A stretch of DNA of 63,806 nucleotides, counting the filler, from Octopus bimaculoides (lineage: Eukaryota), in assembly GCF_001194135.2 (NCBI RefSeq). It is 5 parts of 4 records of this genome, joined end to end, with 100 filler letters (N's around TTAATTAATTAA, not from the genome) between each part and the next. Parts side by side here need not be neighbours in the genome. Positions count along the whole stretch, not along the records: positions 30,379 to 49,026 come from NC_068988.1; positions 49,127 to 61,269 come from NC_068981.1; 3 more parts are not named here. One strand, given 5' to 3'. Shown in pieces: positions 38,870 through 51,735 of the stretch. Under the pieces are notes generated by a model, which saw nothing but the letters and a program-made list of their open reading frames with translations, was not told the DNA's origin and ran no database searches. Numbering within the stretch: position 1 is the first letter of the stretch; each line of letters starts with the position of its first letter. A program made the position numbers and the translations under genes.

Positions 38870-40660
38870 GTCTAGCTTTGCTAATTTAGACTTGATCTAA
38901 TATACTAAAGCTGCTGCATATCTAAGTAATGATGCTGCCCAAGTGTTTACAGCCTTTATTAGATGCAGACCATTTAGCTTTGACTTCATTAGTTTCCTCA
39001 CCGTTCTGATATACTCCTCAATTTTTGTTCTCATTTCTATAGTTAGTACTCTGTCAGGTTCCAATACTCCTAGATACTTATAACTCTCTCTTTCTTTCAA
39101 TGATTTTAATGTGTGGCCATCTGATAATTGGAGGCCTTCACTGTTGACTACCTGTCTCCTTCTCATGACTAATATTGCATACTTATCTATGCCAAATTCC
39201 ATGCCTATATCTGTGCTGAAGAGTCGTACTGTCTGTATAAAGGAATCTATCCCTTTTTCATTCTTACTAAAAAGCTTCACCACATCCATGTAGTGGTTAA
39301 TTTTTCCTTTAGTATTTCTAAACTGACACCCTGCTTTTGCCTTCCTTAATAATAAACTGAGGGGTGTCAAAAATAAGACAAATATTAAAAGGGATAATGA
39401 GTCTCCTTCATATTAACTTACCCTGAGACTGTGTCACCTGAGTAGGGATCTACTTTCTTCATGCTAAAGTTTTTAAAATTTTCTTATGTTGTCTGCAATA
39501 CTGAATACACTCAAACATTCACTTATCCATGAATGTGAGACCATGTGGCTTTCTTATAATCTATCCACACTAGTGTTATATTTTCCTTTCTAGATTTTAC
39601 TTTATTTAGAACTGCTTTGTCCATGTATAATAGATCATGCATTCCTCTAGCCTTCTTCTTGCAACCTTTCTGTTCTTCTGGCTGTCAATGTGCTCTTAAA
39701 TGCTTTCTGAAAGCATTCCTTTTAACAGTTTCCACACTATGGTAAACAAGTTATTGGTCTCTAATTGCTAGCTGTATTGTCCCTGCTTTTGTCTTTCATA
39801 AGGAGTACTGTTCTCCTTCTAGTCATCCTATCTGGTATCATTCTTCCATTGAGGTAATCCTGAAGTTGTTCCCTCAGCCTCCCATGTAAGGTACTAAATT
39901 TCTTTAACCAATACCCTTGAAATAAATCTGGTCCTGGGCCCTTCCAATTTGGCATTCTTCATGATATTTTACTCATTAATGCACTAGTTAGTCTTAGATC
40001 AGGCTGTTTCTCGTTCACAACTTCTTCCCTCACTTTCTTTAACCATACTGCATCTCCATTATGATTGACTGGGTTATCCCAAATACTACTTCAGAACTTT
40101 CTAGCTTTTTCTGCATTAGATTTCTCATCTTCAGTACTTTCTTTTTATTTGATTATGAAATCTCCTCTGGTCCGTCTCAAATAATCTATTCTGTTGATAC
40201 TAATCTCTTGTTTTCTGATATCTGGAAAGCTTACCTTAAATCTTGTGTTTCCTAACTTGTTCAGTTTGTAGGCTTCTTTTCATATCTTGTCTGAAAATCT
40301 TCACTTTATATTGTAGTCTTTTTCTCACATTTGCTCTTTTCTAGTCTTTTCTTGTGGAATATCAATCTTCTAGTAACTACTACCCCTCCTGCATAGATCA
40401 ATAAGTTAGTAGCACATATACTTTTAGTATTTATCCTACTGATAACAGAATCTACTTTCTTAGTCATATCTAGCAGCTTCCTTCTGTTGGTACCTCGTAA
40501 TTTTGGTAATCTTTTTCTTACTTCTTTACTCATTGCTTCGTGCAACTCCTCTAAAATCTTCTGATCTTCCTCACTTAAATTGCTTAAATTGTCTGTGCTA
40601 GTTGTTCTTTCCATATTGGTAGTGCTATTATTATTTTTTCCTTTAGGTTCTTCTTTGGTT
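38870..40660 (-). mobile_element. R4/Dong-type LINE internal fragment (subfamily c)
   Basis: RKRLPKLRG, MPNWKGPGPDLFQGYWLKK, GRTVLLMKDK, INHYMDVVKLF, FSTDIGMEFGIDK, YKYLGVLE, AVNTWAASLLRYAA. Confidence 0.9.
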
Positions 40661-40699
40661 TGAACTGTATCTCTTATTATTATTATTATTATTATTATT

Positions 40700-40805
40700 G
40701 TTCAGTAGTTTTATTTTTATAACGTGCTTTCACTTCACTACCGAACGCAGCTCTGTGCGCCTTGGGTATATGCTGTGGTGCTCTTATGTTTACTGTATTG
40801 AAAGT
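40700..40805 (-). mobile_element. R4/Dong-type LINE 3' UTR only (subfamily d)
   Basis: Matches 59975-60090; abuts (TTA)n at 40674-40699. Confidence 0.85.
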
Positions 40806-41152
40806 TACAGAGTCCATGGGAAGAGCCTTATACGGTGATGGATCGCCTGTCCGATGTGACATACCTGATTCGAGGAGGCAAGAGAACTTCTCCGAAAATT
40901 GTACACGCAAACCGTCTGTGGAAGTACCATGGCTCTGGACAGTTCAGCTGGAGCACACCTGCAGGGGTTGGATCCACTTGCTAAGAAAGTCTGAGAGAGA
41001 AAAGAATCAATTTAGGAGTAGAGATGTTGTTTGTTTTGTCGGGACGACAAAGAGCTAAGGAAGGGGTAGTGATGCGACGACCGAAAATACAGTTGGCATT
41101 ATATCCCTATCTCCCGGGCTGGGTTTTGAACCCGTACTCTGGTCAGTTGGGG
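40802..41152 (+). mobile_element. Gypsy LTR retrotransposon 3' end: integrase GPY/F region, PPT and LTR start
   Basis: Frame from 40802: KLQSPWEEPYTVMDRLSDVTYLIRGGKRTSPKIVHANRLWKYHG; purine tract aaggaaggggtag (41057-41069) followed by TG at 41070. Confidence 0.8.
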
Positions 41153-42004
41153 NNNNNNNNNNNNNNNNNNNNNNNNNNNNNNNNNNNNNNNNNNNNNNNN
41201 NNNNNNNNNNNNNNNNNNNNNNNNNNNNNNNNNNNNNNNNNNNNNNNNNNNNNNNNNNNNNNNNNNNNNNNNNNNNNNNNNNNNNNNNNNNNNNNNNNNN
41301 NNNNNNNNNNNNNNNNNNNNNNNNNNNNNNNNNNNNNNNNNNNNNNNNNNNNNNNNNNNNNNNNNNNNNNNNNNNNNNNNNNNNNNNNNNNNNNNNNNNN
41401 NNNNNNNNNNNNNNNNNNNNNNNNNNNNNNNNNNNNNNNNNNNNNNNNNNNNNNNNNNNNNNNNNNNNNNNNNNNNNNNNNNNNNNNNNNNNNNNNNNNN
41501 NNNNNNNNNNNNNNNNNNNNNNNNNNNNNNNNNNNNNNNNNNNNNNNNNNNNNNNNNNNNNNNNNNNNNNNNNNNNNNNNNNNNNNNNNNNNNNNNNNNN
41601 NNNNNNNNNNNNNNNNNNNNNNNNNNNNNNNNNNNNNNNNNNNNNNNNNNNNNNNNNNNNNNNNNNNNNNNNNNNNNNNNNNNNNNNNNNNNNNNNNNNN
41701 NNNNNNNNNNNNNNNNNNNNNNNNNNNNNNNNNNNNNNNNNNNNNNNNNNNNNNNNNNNNNNNNNNNNNNNNNNNNNNNNNNNNNNNNNNNNNNNNNNNN
41801 NNNNNNNNNNNNNNNNNNNNNNNNNNNNNNNNNNNNNNNNNNNNNNNNNNNNNNNNNNNNNNNNNNNNNNNNNNNNNNNNNNNNNNNNNNNNNNNNNNNN
41901 NNNNNNNNNNNNNNNNNNNNNNNNNNNNNNNNNNNNNNNNNNNNNNNNNNNNNNNNNNNNNNNNNNNNNNNNNNNNNNNNNNNNNNNNNNNNNNNNNNNN
42001 NNNN

Positions 42005-42221
42005 NTATACCTAAGGCACCTACTATGATAGGAATTGTTTCTGTTTTTAGACTCCACATATTCTACAGTTACTTGTTATATTTCTTTTCATTATGTGTTT
42101 TTGGTAATTTCTGGTGGGGAGGCTCTGGTCTTGTGCAGCAATTAAAAATCCTTCAGTCTCTGCTTTGAGTCCTGAGCTTCTCAGCCATTGCTGGGATTTT
42201 TCTCTGTCTATTTCTTTCGCA

Positions 42222-42299
<78 letters not shown>

Positions 42300-42540
42300 C
42301 ATTATTACTATTTTGGTTTGGCTCAGGTCCAGTCTTAACCACAAATATTCACAAGTTTTCAGCTGTCTTTCAAGTGCTTAGAACCCTCTTGATAATCTTT
42401 GCTGTTCCTAAGAGACAAACTTTCTGTAAGAGTTCTACTGGGCATTCTATTCCAGTCTTGTTTAGCCATTTGTCTATATCTTTGCGTACTGTTCCCAACA
42501 CACAAATTATTATAGGCACAACCTTTACTGTTCTCATGAA
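42005..42540 (-). mobile_element. Two R4/Dong-type LINE 3' fragments separated by (ATT)n (42224-42310)
   Basis: MWSLKTETIPIIVGALG and the subfamily c C-terminus with 3' UTR. Confidence 0.82.
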
Positions 42541-42544
42541 ACAC

Positions 42545-42825
42545 TGGGGTTGATGTAATCGACTGATCCCCCCATCCCAAAATTTCAGGCCTTGTGCCTT
42601 TAGTTGAAAGGATTATTATTCCTGGCAGAATTGTTAGCATGCTAGACAAAATGCTTAGTGGCATTTCATCTGTCTCTATGCTCTGAGTTAAATTCTGCCA
42701 AAGTTGACTTTGCCTTTCATCTTTTCGGTGTCGATAAATTAAGTATCAGGGAATCACTAGGGTCAATGTAATCAACTAGTTTCTCCCCTCAAATATCAGG
42801 CTTTTTGCCTATAGTAGAAAGGTTT
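42545..42825 (+). mobile_element. SINE family B pieces (tail fragment plus one copy)
   Basis: Family B head, core and tail motifs. Confidence 0.8.
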
Positions 42826-42835
42826 AGTATTATTA

Positions 42836-42960
42836 CTAGTAGAGATACCCAACGTTGCTCAAGATTAAAATGGCATAATTTTTTATTGTTTTACTTATTT
42901 CGGTCATATGTATATATATATCCAAATACAATGTTTATATACCAAAAAAATTTTATAAAA
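42836..42960 (-). mobile_element. Probable Helitron 3' terminus
   Basis: Minus strand gagcaacgttgggtatctctaCTAGt: degenerate GC hairpin about 11 nt before CTAG. Confidence 0.5.
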
Positions 42961-43804
42961 TTTTTCTGACNNNNNNNNNNNNNNNNNNNNNNNNNNNNNN
43001 NNNNNNNNNNNNNNNNNNNNNNNNNNNNNNNNNNNNNNNNNNNNNNNNNNNNNNNNNNNNNNNNNNNNNNTAGCATGGAAAGCGGACGTTAAACGATGAT
43101 GATGATGATGATGACTACTAGCATTAATAAGACTAATAACATAACGAAGCGGAAATACAATAACAACCATAACATGATCAATATTAAGCCACTCAAAGAT
43201 AAAAATATTATTAATAACAGCGAGACCCAGCGAACTAAAATAAACCCTGTTATAAACCTCAACCCCTTGATGCCGGGCCCACAAAAACCAAACAATATTA
43301 ACCCAGCTAACACTGATAATACACATACTAAAAATAAACCTAACAATAGAAATAAATTAGATAGCCACAAAGACAACTTCACTAGTCTTCCCAGCTATGA
43401 TGGCAGGTTCTATACCAGACATAACCGTAATAAGAATAAGCACAATAGTGATACGATCTGGTTAATTATCCCCTTCACCATGAACCTCAAATCCAACATA
43501 GTCCGTTTATTAATGAACATAATAGATAAACATCTAAATGCAAACAATAAATATGCAGCAATATTTAAGAACAAAATTAGAATCGGCCACAGCCTGACAT
43601 GTAATTTAGCTACCAGCATAGCCTCGATTAATAATAAAAAAATTAGACGCATTCTATGCAGCTAGAAAGACCACGAACAACCAAACTAACAACCGTCCGA
43701 CAAATAGAACAAACCCCAACCCTAATCCAACGCCCCTTGCTAACAGAGACACACACCAAAAAAACAATAGGGCCACACTACAACACACCGACACAGACAC
43801 CACT

Positions 43805-44233
43805 TATAATTTATGGAGTTGTAAGGATAGAAATAAATGCAATTTCTCCAATAGATGTAAGACCGAAAATGTAGTTTACCAATGTGACGTACACACAAAC
43901 AGCCATATAAGATCATACACTGGGTCCACGAAAAACCAAATACGCCTAAGATACAATGAACACCAATCTAGCTTTAAAAATAGAAAGAAAGCAAATTCAA
44001 CAGAACTTAGTAGCTATATCTGGGAATTAAAGGACAATAATATAGCATACAAACTAAAATGGCATATACTCAGGACAGCAAATTCTTACAACTCAATTAA
44101 CAGACATTGTGATCTTTGCCTAACTGAACCCCTCGAAATCTTAATGGCTCCAACACATCTTCTAAACAAAAAGTACGGAAATAACTTAGTTTGTCTACAC
44201 ACTAAAAAAATTTCATTTTCTATGTCTAATTAA
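43805..44233 (+). pseudogene. Open 143-codon PLE GIY-YIG endonuclease frame, absent from the ORF track
   Basis: SCKDRNKCNFSNRCKTENVVYQC..YTGSTKNQIRLRYNEHQSSF..STELSSYIWELK..CDLCLTE..LLNKK..CLH, ending TAA at 44231-44233. Confidence 0.85.
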
Positions 44234-44588
44234 ATATTTTCTAAAATTTCACTTTCTAAGTATAATTAAATATTTACCAGGACAGTGTTAGCCCCCTCTT
44301 CACCAAAACTTAGAGTTACTCTCCTTTACTTACACTGGCGGTGTCACAAAACAATAACATCCGCTTGATTTAACAACATCCTCGTGCAGAATGCGCTTGA
44401 CTAAGGTTGGAATTACGGACTCAAACAGCACCCACCCTATATCTCCTTCGCAGAAATAATATTAACACTGATTTCGACTAAAATGTAAGACTCACTATAC
44501 CTTACCTCTATTCTTACATCACTATATGCATTCTTATACCTTTCCATAACTTCATCTCTCACACCATGCATTTATACAGACTTCTCAG

Positions 44589-44640
44589 CATTCTGAAGAG
44601 ATCTGCCAATTAAATTGGCAAATCGAAACGATCGTAAATG
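44589..44640 (+). ncRNA. Apparently intact minimal type-I hammerhead ribozyme
   Basis: catt CTGAAGA gatctgccaat-taa-attggcaaatc GAAAC gatc GTA aatg. All core nucleotides canonical; stem II has 10 of 11 pairs; palindromic ACGATCGT stem III; predicted cut after 44636. Confidence 0.88.
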
Positions 44641-44805
44641 GAACATTACATAATCTCTACCTAATTGATTAAATTAATGGCTAGCTAGTGCAATCAACCT
44701 GCTTCTTCCTGTGTTTGTGTCTCCATTCCCTATATATATATATATATGCGAGTAAAAATAAATACAAAAAAGGTGGGGGTTTTTTGTATGATTGTGTATA
44801 GAGGA

Positions 44806-45422
44806 ATATATTATTTTGCTTAAAAGAGTTCCAACACTGTCTGTTTTTTATGTTTTATTTATATTCCTGCAGAACTAATGTGGGGTATAGAATATGGAAT
44901 ATACAATATATAATATGATATACAATATACAATATAAAATAAAATAAAATAAAAATGGATGGCACCATGAAAGAAAGTATTGAATGTAGATGAAATATTG
45001 AGTGTTAAATATAAAGGATCAAATATATAAATATATAAATATAAATATNNNNNNNNNNNNNNNNNNNNNNNNNNNNNNNNNNNNNNNNNNNNNNNNNNNN
45101 NNNNNNNNNNNNNNNNNNNNNNNNNNNNNNNNNNNNNNNNNNNNNNNNNNNNNNNNNNNNNNNNNNNNNNNNNNNNNNNNNNNNNNNNNNNNNNNNNNNN
45201 NNNNNNNNNNNNNNNNNNNNNNNNNNNNNNNNNNNNNNNGAAAATTACAAAGAAATAATTTAATATTTTTTCTACTTATTTTATTTTATTTTATATTGTA
45301 TATTGTATATCATATTATATATTGTATATTCCATATTCTATACCCCACATTAGTTCTGCAGGAATATAAATAAAACATAAAAAACAGACAGTGTTGGAAC
45401 TCTTTTAAGCAAAATAATATAT
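44806..45422. repeat. About 147 bp inverted duplication flanking an N gap
   Basis: 44806-44952 is the reverse complement of 45276-45422, with no mismatch seen. Confidence 0.85.
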
Positions 45423-45452
45423 ATATATATACATACATACATGCATACATAC

Positions 45453-45521
<69 letters not shown>

Positions 45522-45699
45522 CACACACATATACATATATATATATACACAGTTAGCTAAACTTATATAAATAATGTAATGTATGTTTATATTTAATTTT
45601 ATGTTCATCAAGAGAGTTAATCAAAGTCATATTATTATTTAGTATCTCCTTAAAAACAAGATGTTAGCTGACAATGAAGTGGGGTCGCCCACTAGCAGA

Positions 45700-48200
45700 C
45701 CATTGATAATGAAACAGGGGAAGTCTTATCATGTAGTACTATAGTTAAAATAATTTAAACAATGTTGCTATATTGTATACAGTAAAAATTTTGGGTTATT
45801 CAGAGGATTATTAAGAAGAATATTATAACAAAAGGATAGAAATTTATGAATACTTTTGAGTATATACCAAACTTTTGCCAAAATAGAGGGAGGAAAAGAA
45901 ATTATCCAGAAATAGTTTAATATTTATACATATTATACACTTAAATACTAACTCATCAAATGATATCTGTGAATATTGATTAATTGGTATATACTGGTAT
46001 TAATAAAGGAGTATTGAGGTAAAAGAACATGCTAATTATATACTAATAAAATTATAATCTATGCAGTAGTGAATATATCAGTATAGTTTTATATAAGCTA
46101 AGTATGAATTTATAGAGATACAAAAATTAGATTAATTTTATAAATAAATAAAAGCTAATTATAAAATAATAAAGAAATAAAATAATTAAGTATGGCAGAA
46201 CACCTTAGAAAAAGAAATAAAATAGGTTAATCACTAAAACCATGATAAAATATATGCAGCTTATTAACACCAATAGAGATGATTTATAGAAAATTTATGA
46301 TAATTCAAAATATTAGACTAAAAATTATATATTTACTTATTTAACTAGTATCAATAAAGACTGATACCTGGTATCAGCTAAAGGAATATCTAAGTTATGA
46401 GACATTTATATTTTACGCTAATTTTAAAAAAAACTAAGGTTTATATTATAGGTTTAAGAAGTTATTATTGTTACTCTCTACATGATATTTATAGTTTCTT
46501 AGTGGTACTTGTTTAGAAGGGTTATTTATATAAATACCCTTATAAATACTAAGATCAGGAGGTTAGAGCCATTTAAGAAAGAGATAAATCAAGTAATTTC
46601 TAAATATCATTTCAAACAATATTGTCTTATTGTATAAAGTTAAAATTTAGGGTAATCAAGAAGATTATTAAGAATGATATTATAACAAAAGGATAAAACT
46701 TCTTTNNNNNNNNNNNNNNNNNNNNNNNNNNNNNNNNNNNNNNNNNNNNNNNNNNNNNNNNNNNNNNNNNNNNNNNNNNNNNNNNNNNNNNNNNNNNNNN
46801 NNNNNNNNNNNNNNNNNNNNNNNNNNNNNNNNNNNNNNNNNNNNNNNNNNNNNNNNNNNNNNNNNNNNNNNNNNNNNNNNNNNNNNNNNNNNNNNNNNNN
46901 NNNNNNNNNNNNNNNNNNNNNNNNNNNNNNNNNNNNNNNNNNNNNNNNNNNNNNNNNNNNNNNNNNNNNNNNNNNNNNNNNNNNNNNNNNNNNNNNNNNN
47001 NNNNNNNNNNNNNNNNNNNNNNNNNNNNNNNNNNNNNNNNNNNNNNNNNNNNNNNNNNNNNNNNNNNNNNNNNNNNNNNNNNNNNNNNNNNNNNNNNNNN
47101 NNNNNNNNNNNNNNNNNNNNNNNNNNNNNNNNNNNNNNNNNNNNNNNNNNNNNNNNNNNNNNNNNNNNNNNNNNNNNNNNNNNNNNNNNNNNNNNNNNNN
47201 NNNNNNNNNNNNNNNNNNNNNNNNNNNNNNNNNNNNNNNNNNNNNNNNNNNNNNNNNNNNNNNNNNNNNNNNNNNNNNNNNNNNNNNNNNNNNNNNNNNN
47301 NNNNNNNNNNNNNNNNNNNNNNNNNNNNNNNNNNNNNNNNNNNNNNNNNNNNNNNNNNNNNNNNNNNATCCATACTTTATTAACTTCAATAGCAAAGATT
47401 TATATAAAATGTATAATAATTTAAGTATTATGAGCTAAAAATTGTTAATGAACTTATGTAGCTTTTCATAATCAGGACTGAAACCCGGTATTGGTTAAAA
47501 GAATAATTGTTGTTAAAAGGACATGCTAATTATATACTAATATTAAGATGTATAATATAGATTTTAAAAGTTATTTGTGTTAATCCATAAATGATATTAT
47601 AGTTTCTTAGGGAAACTTAATTAGAAGGGCTACTTGTATAAAGCCAATATAAATACCAAAATTAGGAGGATGGAACACTTTAAGAAAGGGATAAAAAAAC
47701 TTAGTTACTAAAACTATTTTAAATATGTCCATATTGTACAAAGTTAAAATTTAGGGTTATCAGGAAGATTTATCATTGAAGTGAGAGAACAAATTTACTA
47801 TAAATTAGTTAAATTATAATCTAAGCAGTTCAATTTTAAGTTGTGAAGATACCCATAAGTATGAGTTCATTAGGGTACAAAAATTTAGGTTTATCTTGAG
47901 GCAATTATAAAGTATTAAAATGATTGGGTAGGGTAGAACACCATAGAAAAGGATATGAAATAGCTTAATCACTAAAATCATGATGAAGTATATATACAAC
48001 TTAGTAACTTCAATAGAGAAGATTTATGGAAAATATGTAATATTCAAATATTCAAAACTAAAAACAGTTTATTTACTTAATTAGCTTGTATCTATAATGA
48101 CTGGTACCCTGTGTTAAATAAAGGAACATTAATGCTGTAGGGCATGCTACCTGTGCACTGATTATAAACTAAGAGGTACATTATAGGTTTTAAATCACAA
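45700..48200. repeat. AT-rich diverged tandem array of unknown origin (unit about 0.4-0.85 kb, at least four partial copies)
   Basis: Recurring anchors at 45793/46650/47754, 45996/46360/47477/48100, 46028/47523/48142 and 46482/47591. Confidence 0.7.
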
Positions 48201-48213
48201 GATCAATAAAGTG

Positions 48214-48932
48214 CTACTTTATAAAATATTTAAAAGTATGGGTGGCATTATGTACATATGATACCCTAAGGCCTAATCGATTATTAATCAGGTTGCCATT
48301 ATCTTTATGCTTAAAAATTTCATATGTTTCCATAGAGCACAGCTCACACCCATATCTGCTATCTCTATAAGGCTGAGCTCTTCTTATTATTTCCCATTTG
48401 AGGCTAAACCTAATTCCACCTTCTTTCAATTCTCAAATCTTACTGGATAATGACATACAATTCACATTATGTTTAAGTTTAAAGGACGGCACGTGATTGA
48501 ATATACGCTGTTTTTAATTAATCGAACAACTGAAGTAAATATAATTATTAGCTGTTATTATTGTGCATTTATATACTATGTTCTGGGTAAGACATCTGCC
48601 TAATAACGGACAGCGGGATTTAACTCTACAATTGCAGCTAGAAGAATTATTAGTATTAATTTTAGTATTATTATTTAAATTATTATTTCTATTTTTATTG
48701 TTAATATTTTTGCTATTAATAATTCTTTTATCAAGTATGTTATGATCATGTCTGTTATTTTCTAACTCCACTTCAATTGTATTATGATATAAAATCGCCT
48801 CTGCATAATCAGGCATACTAATAGTTTCCATGCCCGTATATGTACTGGAACTACCACTATTCCTTCTATTCACCACATCATCATCAATACTACTATTTTC
48901 ATTTTGGGGGTTTAAGTTATGGTTGACAGTAC

Positions 48933-48990
<58 letters not shown>
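48214..48990 (-). mobile_element. Penelope-like element, Naiad-type GIY-YIG fragment
   Basis: CNCRVKSRCPLLGRCLTQNIVYKC..; LKWEIIRRAQPY..CELCSMETYEI..LINNR. Confidence 0.85.
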
Positions 48991-48996
<6 letters not shown>

Positions 48997-50478
48997 GTTG
49001 TTGTTATTATTATTATTTTATGTTTGNNNNNNNNNNNNNNNNNNNNNNNNNNNNNNNNNNNNNNNNNNNNTTAATTAATTAANNNNNNNNNNNNNNNNNN
49101 NNNNNNNNNNNNNNNNNNNNNNNNNNTATATATATATATATATACATACACATACATACATACACACACACATACATACATGCATACAGACAAACAGGCA
49201 CAGATCAGCATGAGTACGGATGGATGAATAAATGAAACGTGTTTATATATGTATACAAAAAAAGAAAGAAAGAAAGACACAAGGAAAGGAAAGGGAGGAA
49301 AAGTGTGTGATCAATATGAGAGGCTTCCTAGAATGGTCTTGAGTTCGTTATAAAGTAGAACTGAAAGAAAGGAACGAGATTCTTTAAGCAGTGATCTCAA
49401 TGATTTATGTGATAGAGACAAGACAGACAGACATTTGAAAGGAATATGCGTATATCGATCTTCTTGAGATGATTGGTATTTTATTGGCAGTAGGAATGTC
49501 AAGTCGCTTATCGAACGCACGCGCGAAAACAAAAGCAAATAAATAAGCAGGGAAGCTGGACAGAATCTAAACCTGGAAAGTAATTAATTGAACACCGTTC
49601 ACCATTTTCACTGTGGCATCACCCAGTCAGTAATGCCAATATTTTGATATTGGCAGAAGACCATAAGTTTTCGGGTAGGGGGTCAGTGAATATTCTTCAA
49701 CCGAGATGGATGAAAGTCAAGGCAAGGAACGTCTGCAAACTTTGGGACCATTATAAGGTGCAGCGGAAAAGAAATGTTAAATACGTAGAATCTGTCGGTT
49801 TTGTTGTATACTTTAATTTCAATTTCAAGCTTTTAACCACTTAATCAAGAAAGGATTGTCTCCCCTGTGATAGTTGGCCACCAAGGGTGCACCACATGTA
49901 TAATGATGAACTTCTTTAATTTAAGCACAAGGGTGGCGGGGAGAGTTAGTTGATGATATCGACACAGTGTACTTGGCTGGTACTTGATTTTATTGATACC
50001 GAAAGGGTGTCAAGCTAAAATGACTTTGGAATGAATTGAACTCGTAACGTAAAAAGCAGAAAGAAATACCGTAGTCATATAAGGTCAGGTGGGGTGTGAA
50101 GTAAGGGTATTTCAAGGGAAGAACTCGACCCGAATACTGGGCTAGCAACACTGTCGGATTCCCGGCCAAAGTCGGGATTCTTCAGGTGTAGAAAATTCAA
50201 ATTTCACAACAATTACACCGTAAAATGCGTTTAGCGAAGAGTAGACAATCCAATGAAAGGAAGAAGACGACAAAGAAAATTCTTTAACACATCATTAATC
50301 ATAAGTTACAATTGTTTCCGTAGCATCTCTATTTGCAACGTCAGTTCACGCAAAAATTCTCAATGAAAAATCATGCAATGTTTGCGGTTTCAGACATTAG
50401 AGAGCTTCTTCATAAGACTTGCATCACGTTTGTTTTTTGTAACTTAAAGATTTGTTAAAGAATTGTATTTGTCTTTCT

Positions 50479-50573
<95 letters not shown>

Positions 50574-51272
50574 GAGCACATGAGCCACTGGACCTAGGTG
50601 GTTAATCGCTGAGAGTGTACCACAAACTCAAGAAGCTGTCAATTCTATCCGAATGAGACGCGTGCGTGTGACAGAGAGAGGGGGGAGAGGATGAGAGAGA
50701 GAGAAGGGGGAGAGAGAGTCTTTAGCTTTGCGGCTGAATGAGAGCTTTTTTCGCCAGTTAACGACATTAATTCTGTAAACTCTAAAAGTATCAAAATATT
50801 CTTAGATTTCTTACAGAACACAAAAATAATGGTTGCCCCTTTTTCTTTCGATAGAATTATGTTGGAAATCAAATTACTTGAAATATTTCAGAGACAGAAA
50901 ATGGAAACAAAAAGACCAAATGGGGAATCATTTACCTTTTGACGTGTTTTTTTCATTTTTCCCTACTAAAGCAGAATGTTTCAACCGTTGATAAATTGCC
51001 ATCTTTTTATAAACTTTCGTCAGACATTTGTATAACAGTTATTAAGCTGAAACTTCGAAGTAACTATTAACAGCTTCCTTGTAAAACAATACATGTACAC
51101 ACATGCACACGAAATAAACAGCTATACAAATACATATATATAAATATCGATATATGTATACACATATGCCTAACTATCTATATGAATTATGATATACAAA
51201 TGTATGTGTATAGAGATGCATATTTTTGCATATGTACATCTATATACATGCATAAGCATAAATAAATGCATA

Positions 51273-51657
51273 TAGGCGTAGGAGTGGCTGTGTGGTAAGT
51301 AGCTTACTTACCAACCACATGGTTCGGGGTTCAGTCCCACTGCGTGGCACCTTAGGCAAGTGTCTTCTACTATAGCATCGGGCCGACCAAAGCCTTGTTA
51401 GTGGATTTGGTAGACGGAAACTGAAAGAAGCCCGTCATATATATATGTTTGTGTGTCTGTGCTTGTCCGCCAAACATCGCTTGACAACCGATGCTGGTGT
51501 GTTTACGTCCTCGTAACTTAGCGGTTCAGCAAAACTGACCGATAGAATAAGTACTAGGCTTACAAATAATAAGTCCTCGGGTTGATTTGTACGGCTAAAG
51601 GGTGTGCTCCAGCATGGTCACAGTCAAATGACTGAAATAAGTAAAAGAGTAAAAGAA
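51273..51657 (+). mobile_element. SINE family A, full length
   Basis: Complete head, CORE-like part and tail. Confidence 0.92.
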
Positions 51658-51688
51658 TACATGCATCTATTTTTAAATCGGTGCGTTT

Positions 51689-51735
<47 letters not shown>

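Larger units (their letters stand above)
43100..44727 (+). mobile_element. Penelope-like element 3' half, Naiad type, with pLTR and HHR
   Basis: Thumb IWLIIPFTMNLKSNI..IDKHL; GIY-YIG frame 43805-44233; 3' UTR; HHR; ends at (TA)n. Confidence 0.9.

Noticed and set aside
46160-48130. Plus-strand reading with TAA/TAG as Gln (ciliate code, possible parasite DNA), prompted by a CAG/TAG alignment
   Set aside because: The conserved plus-strand stops are simply the reverse complements of Leu codons (TTA, CTA, CTG), and the adjoining segment shows no codon bias.
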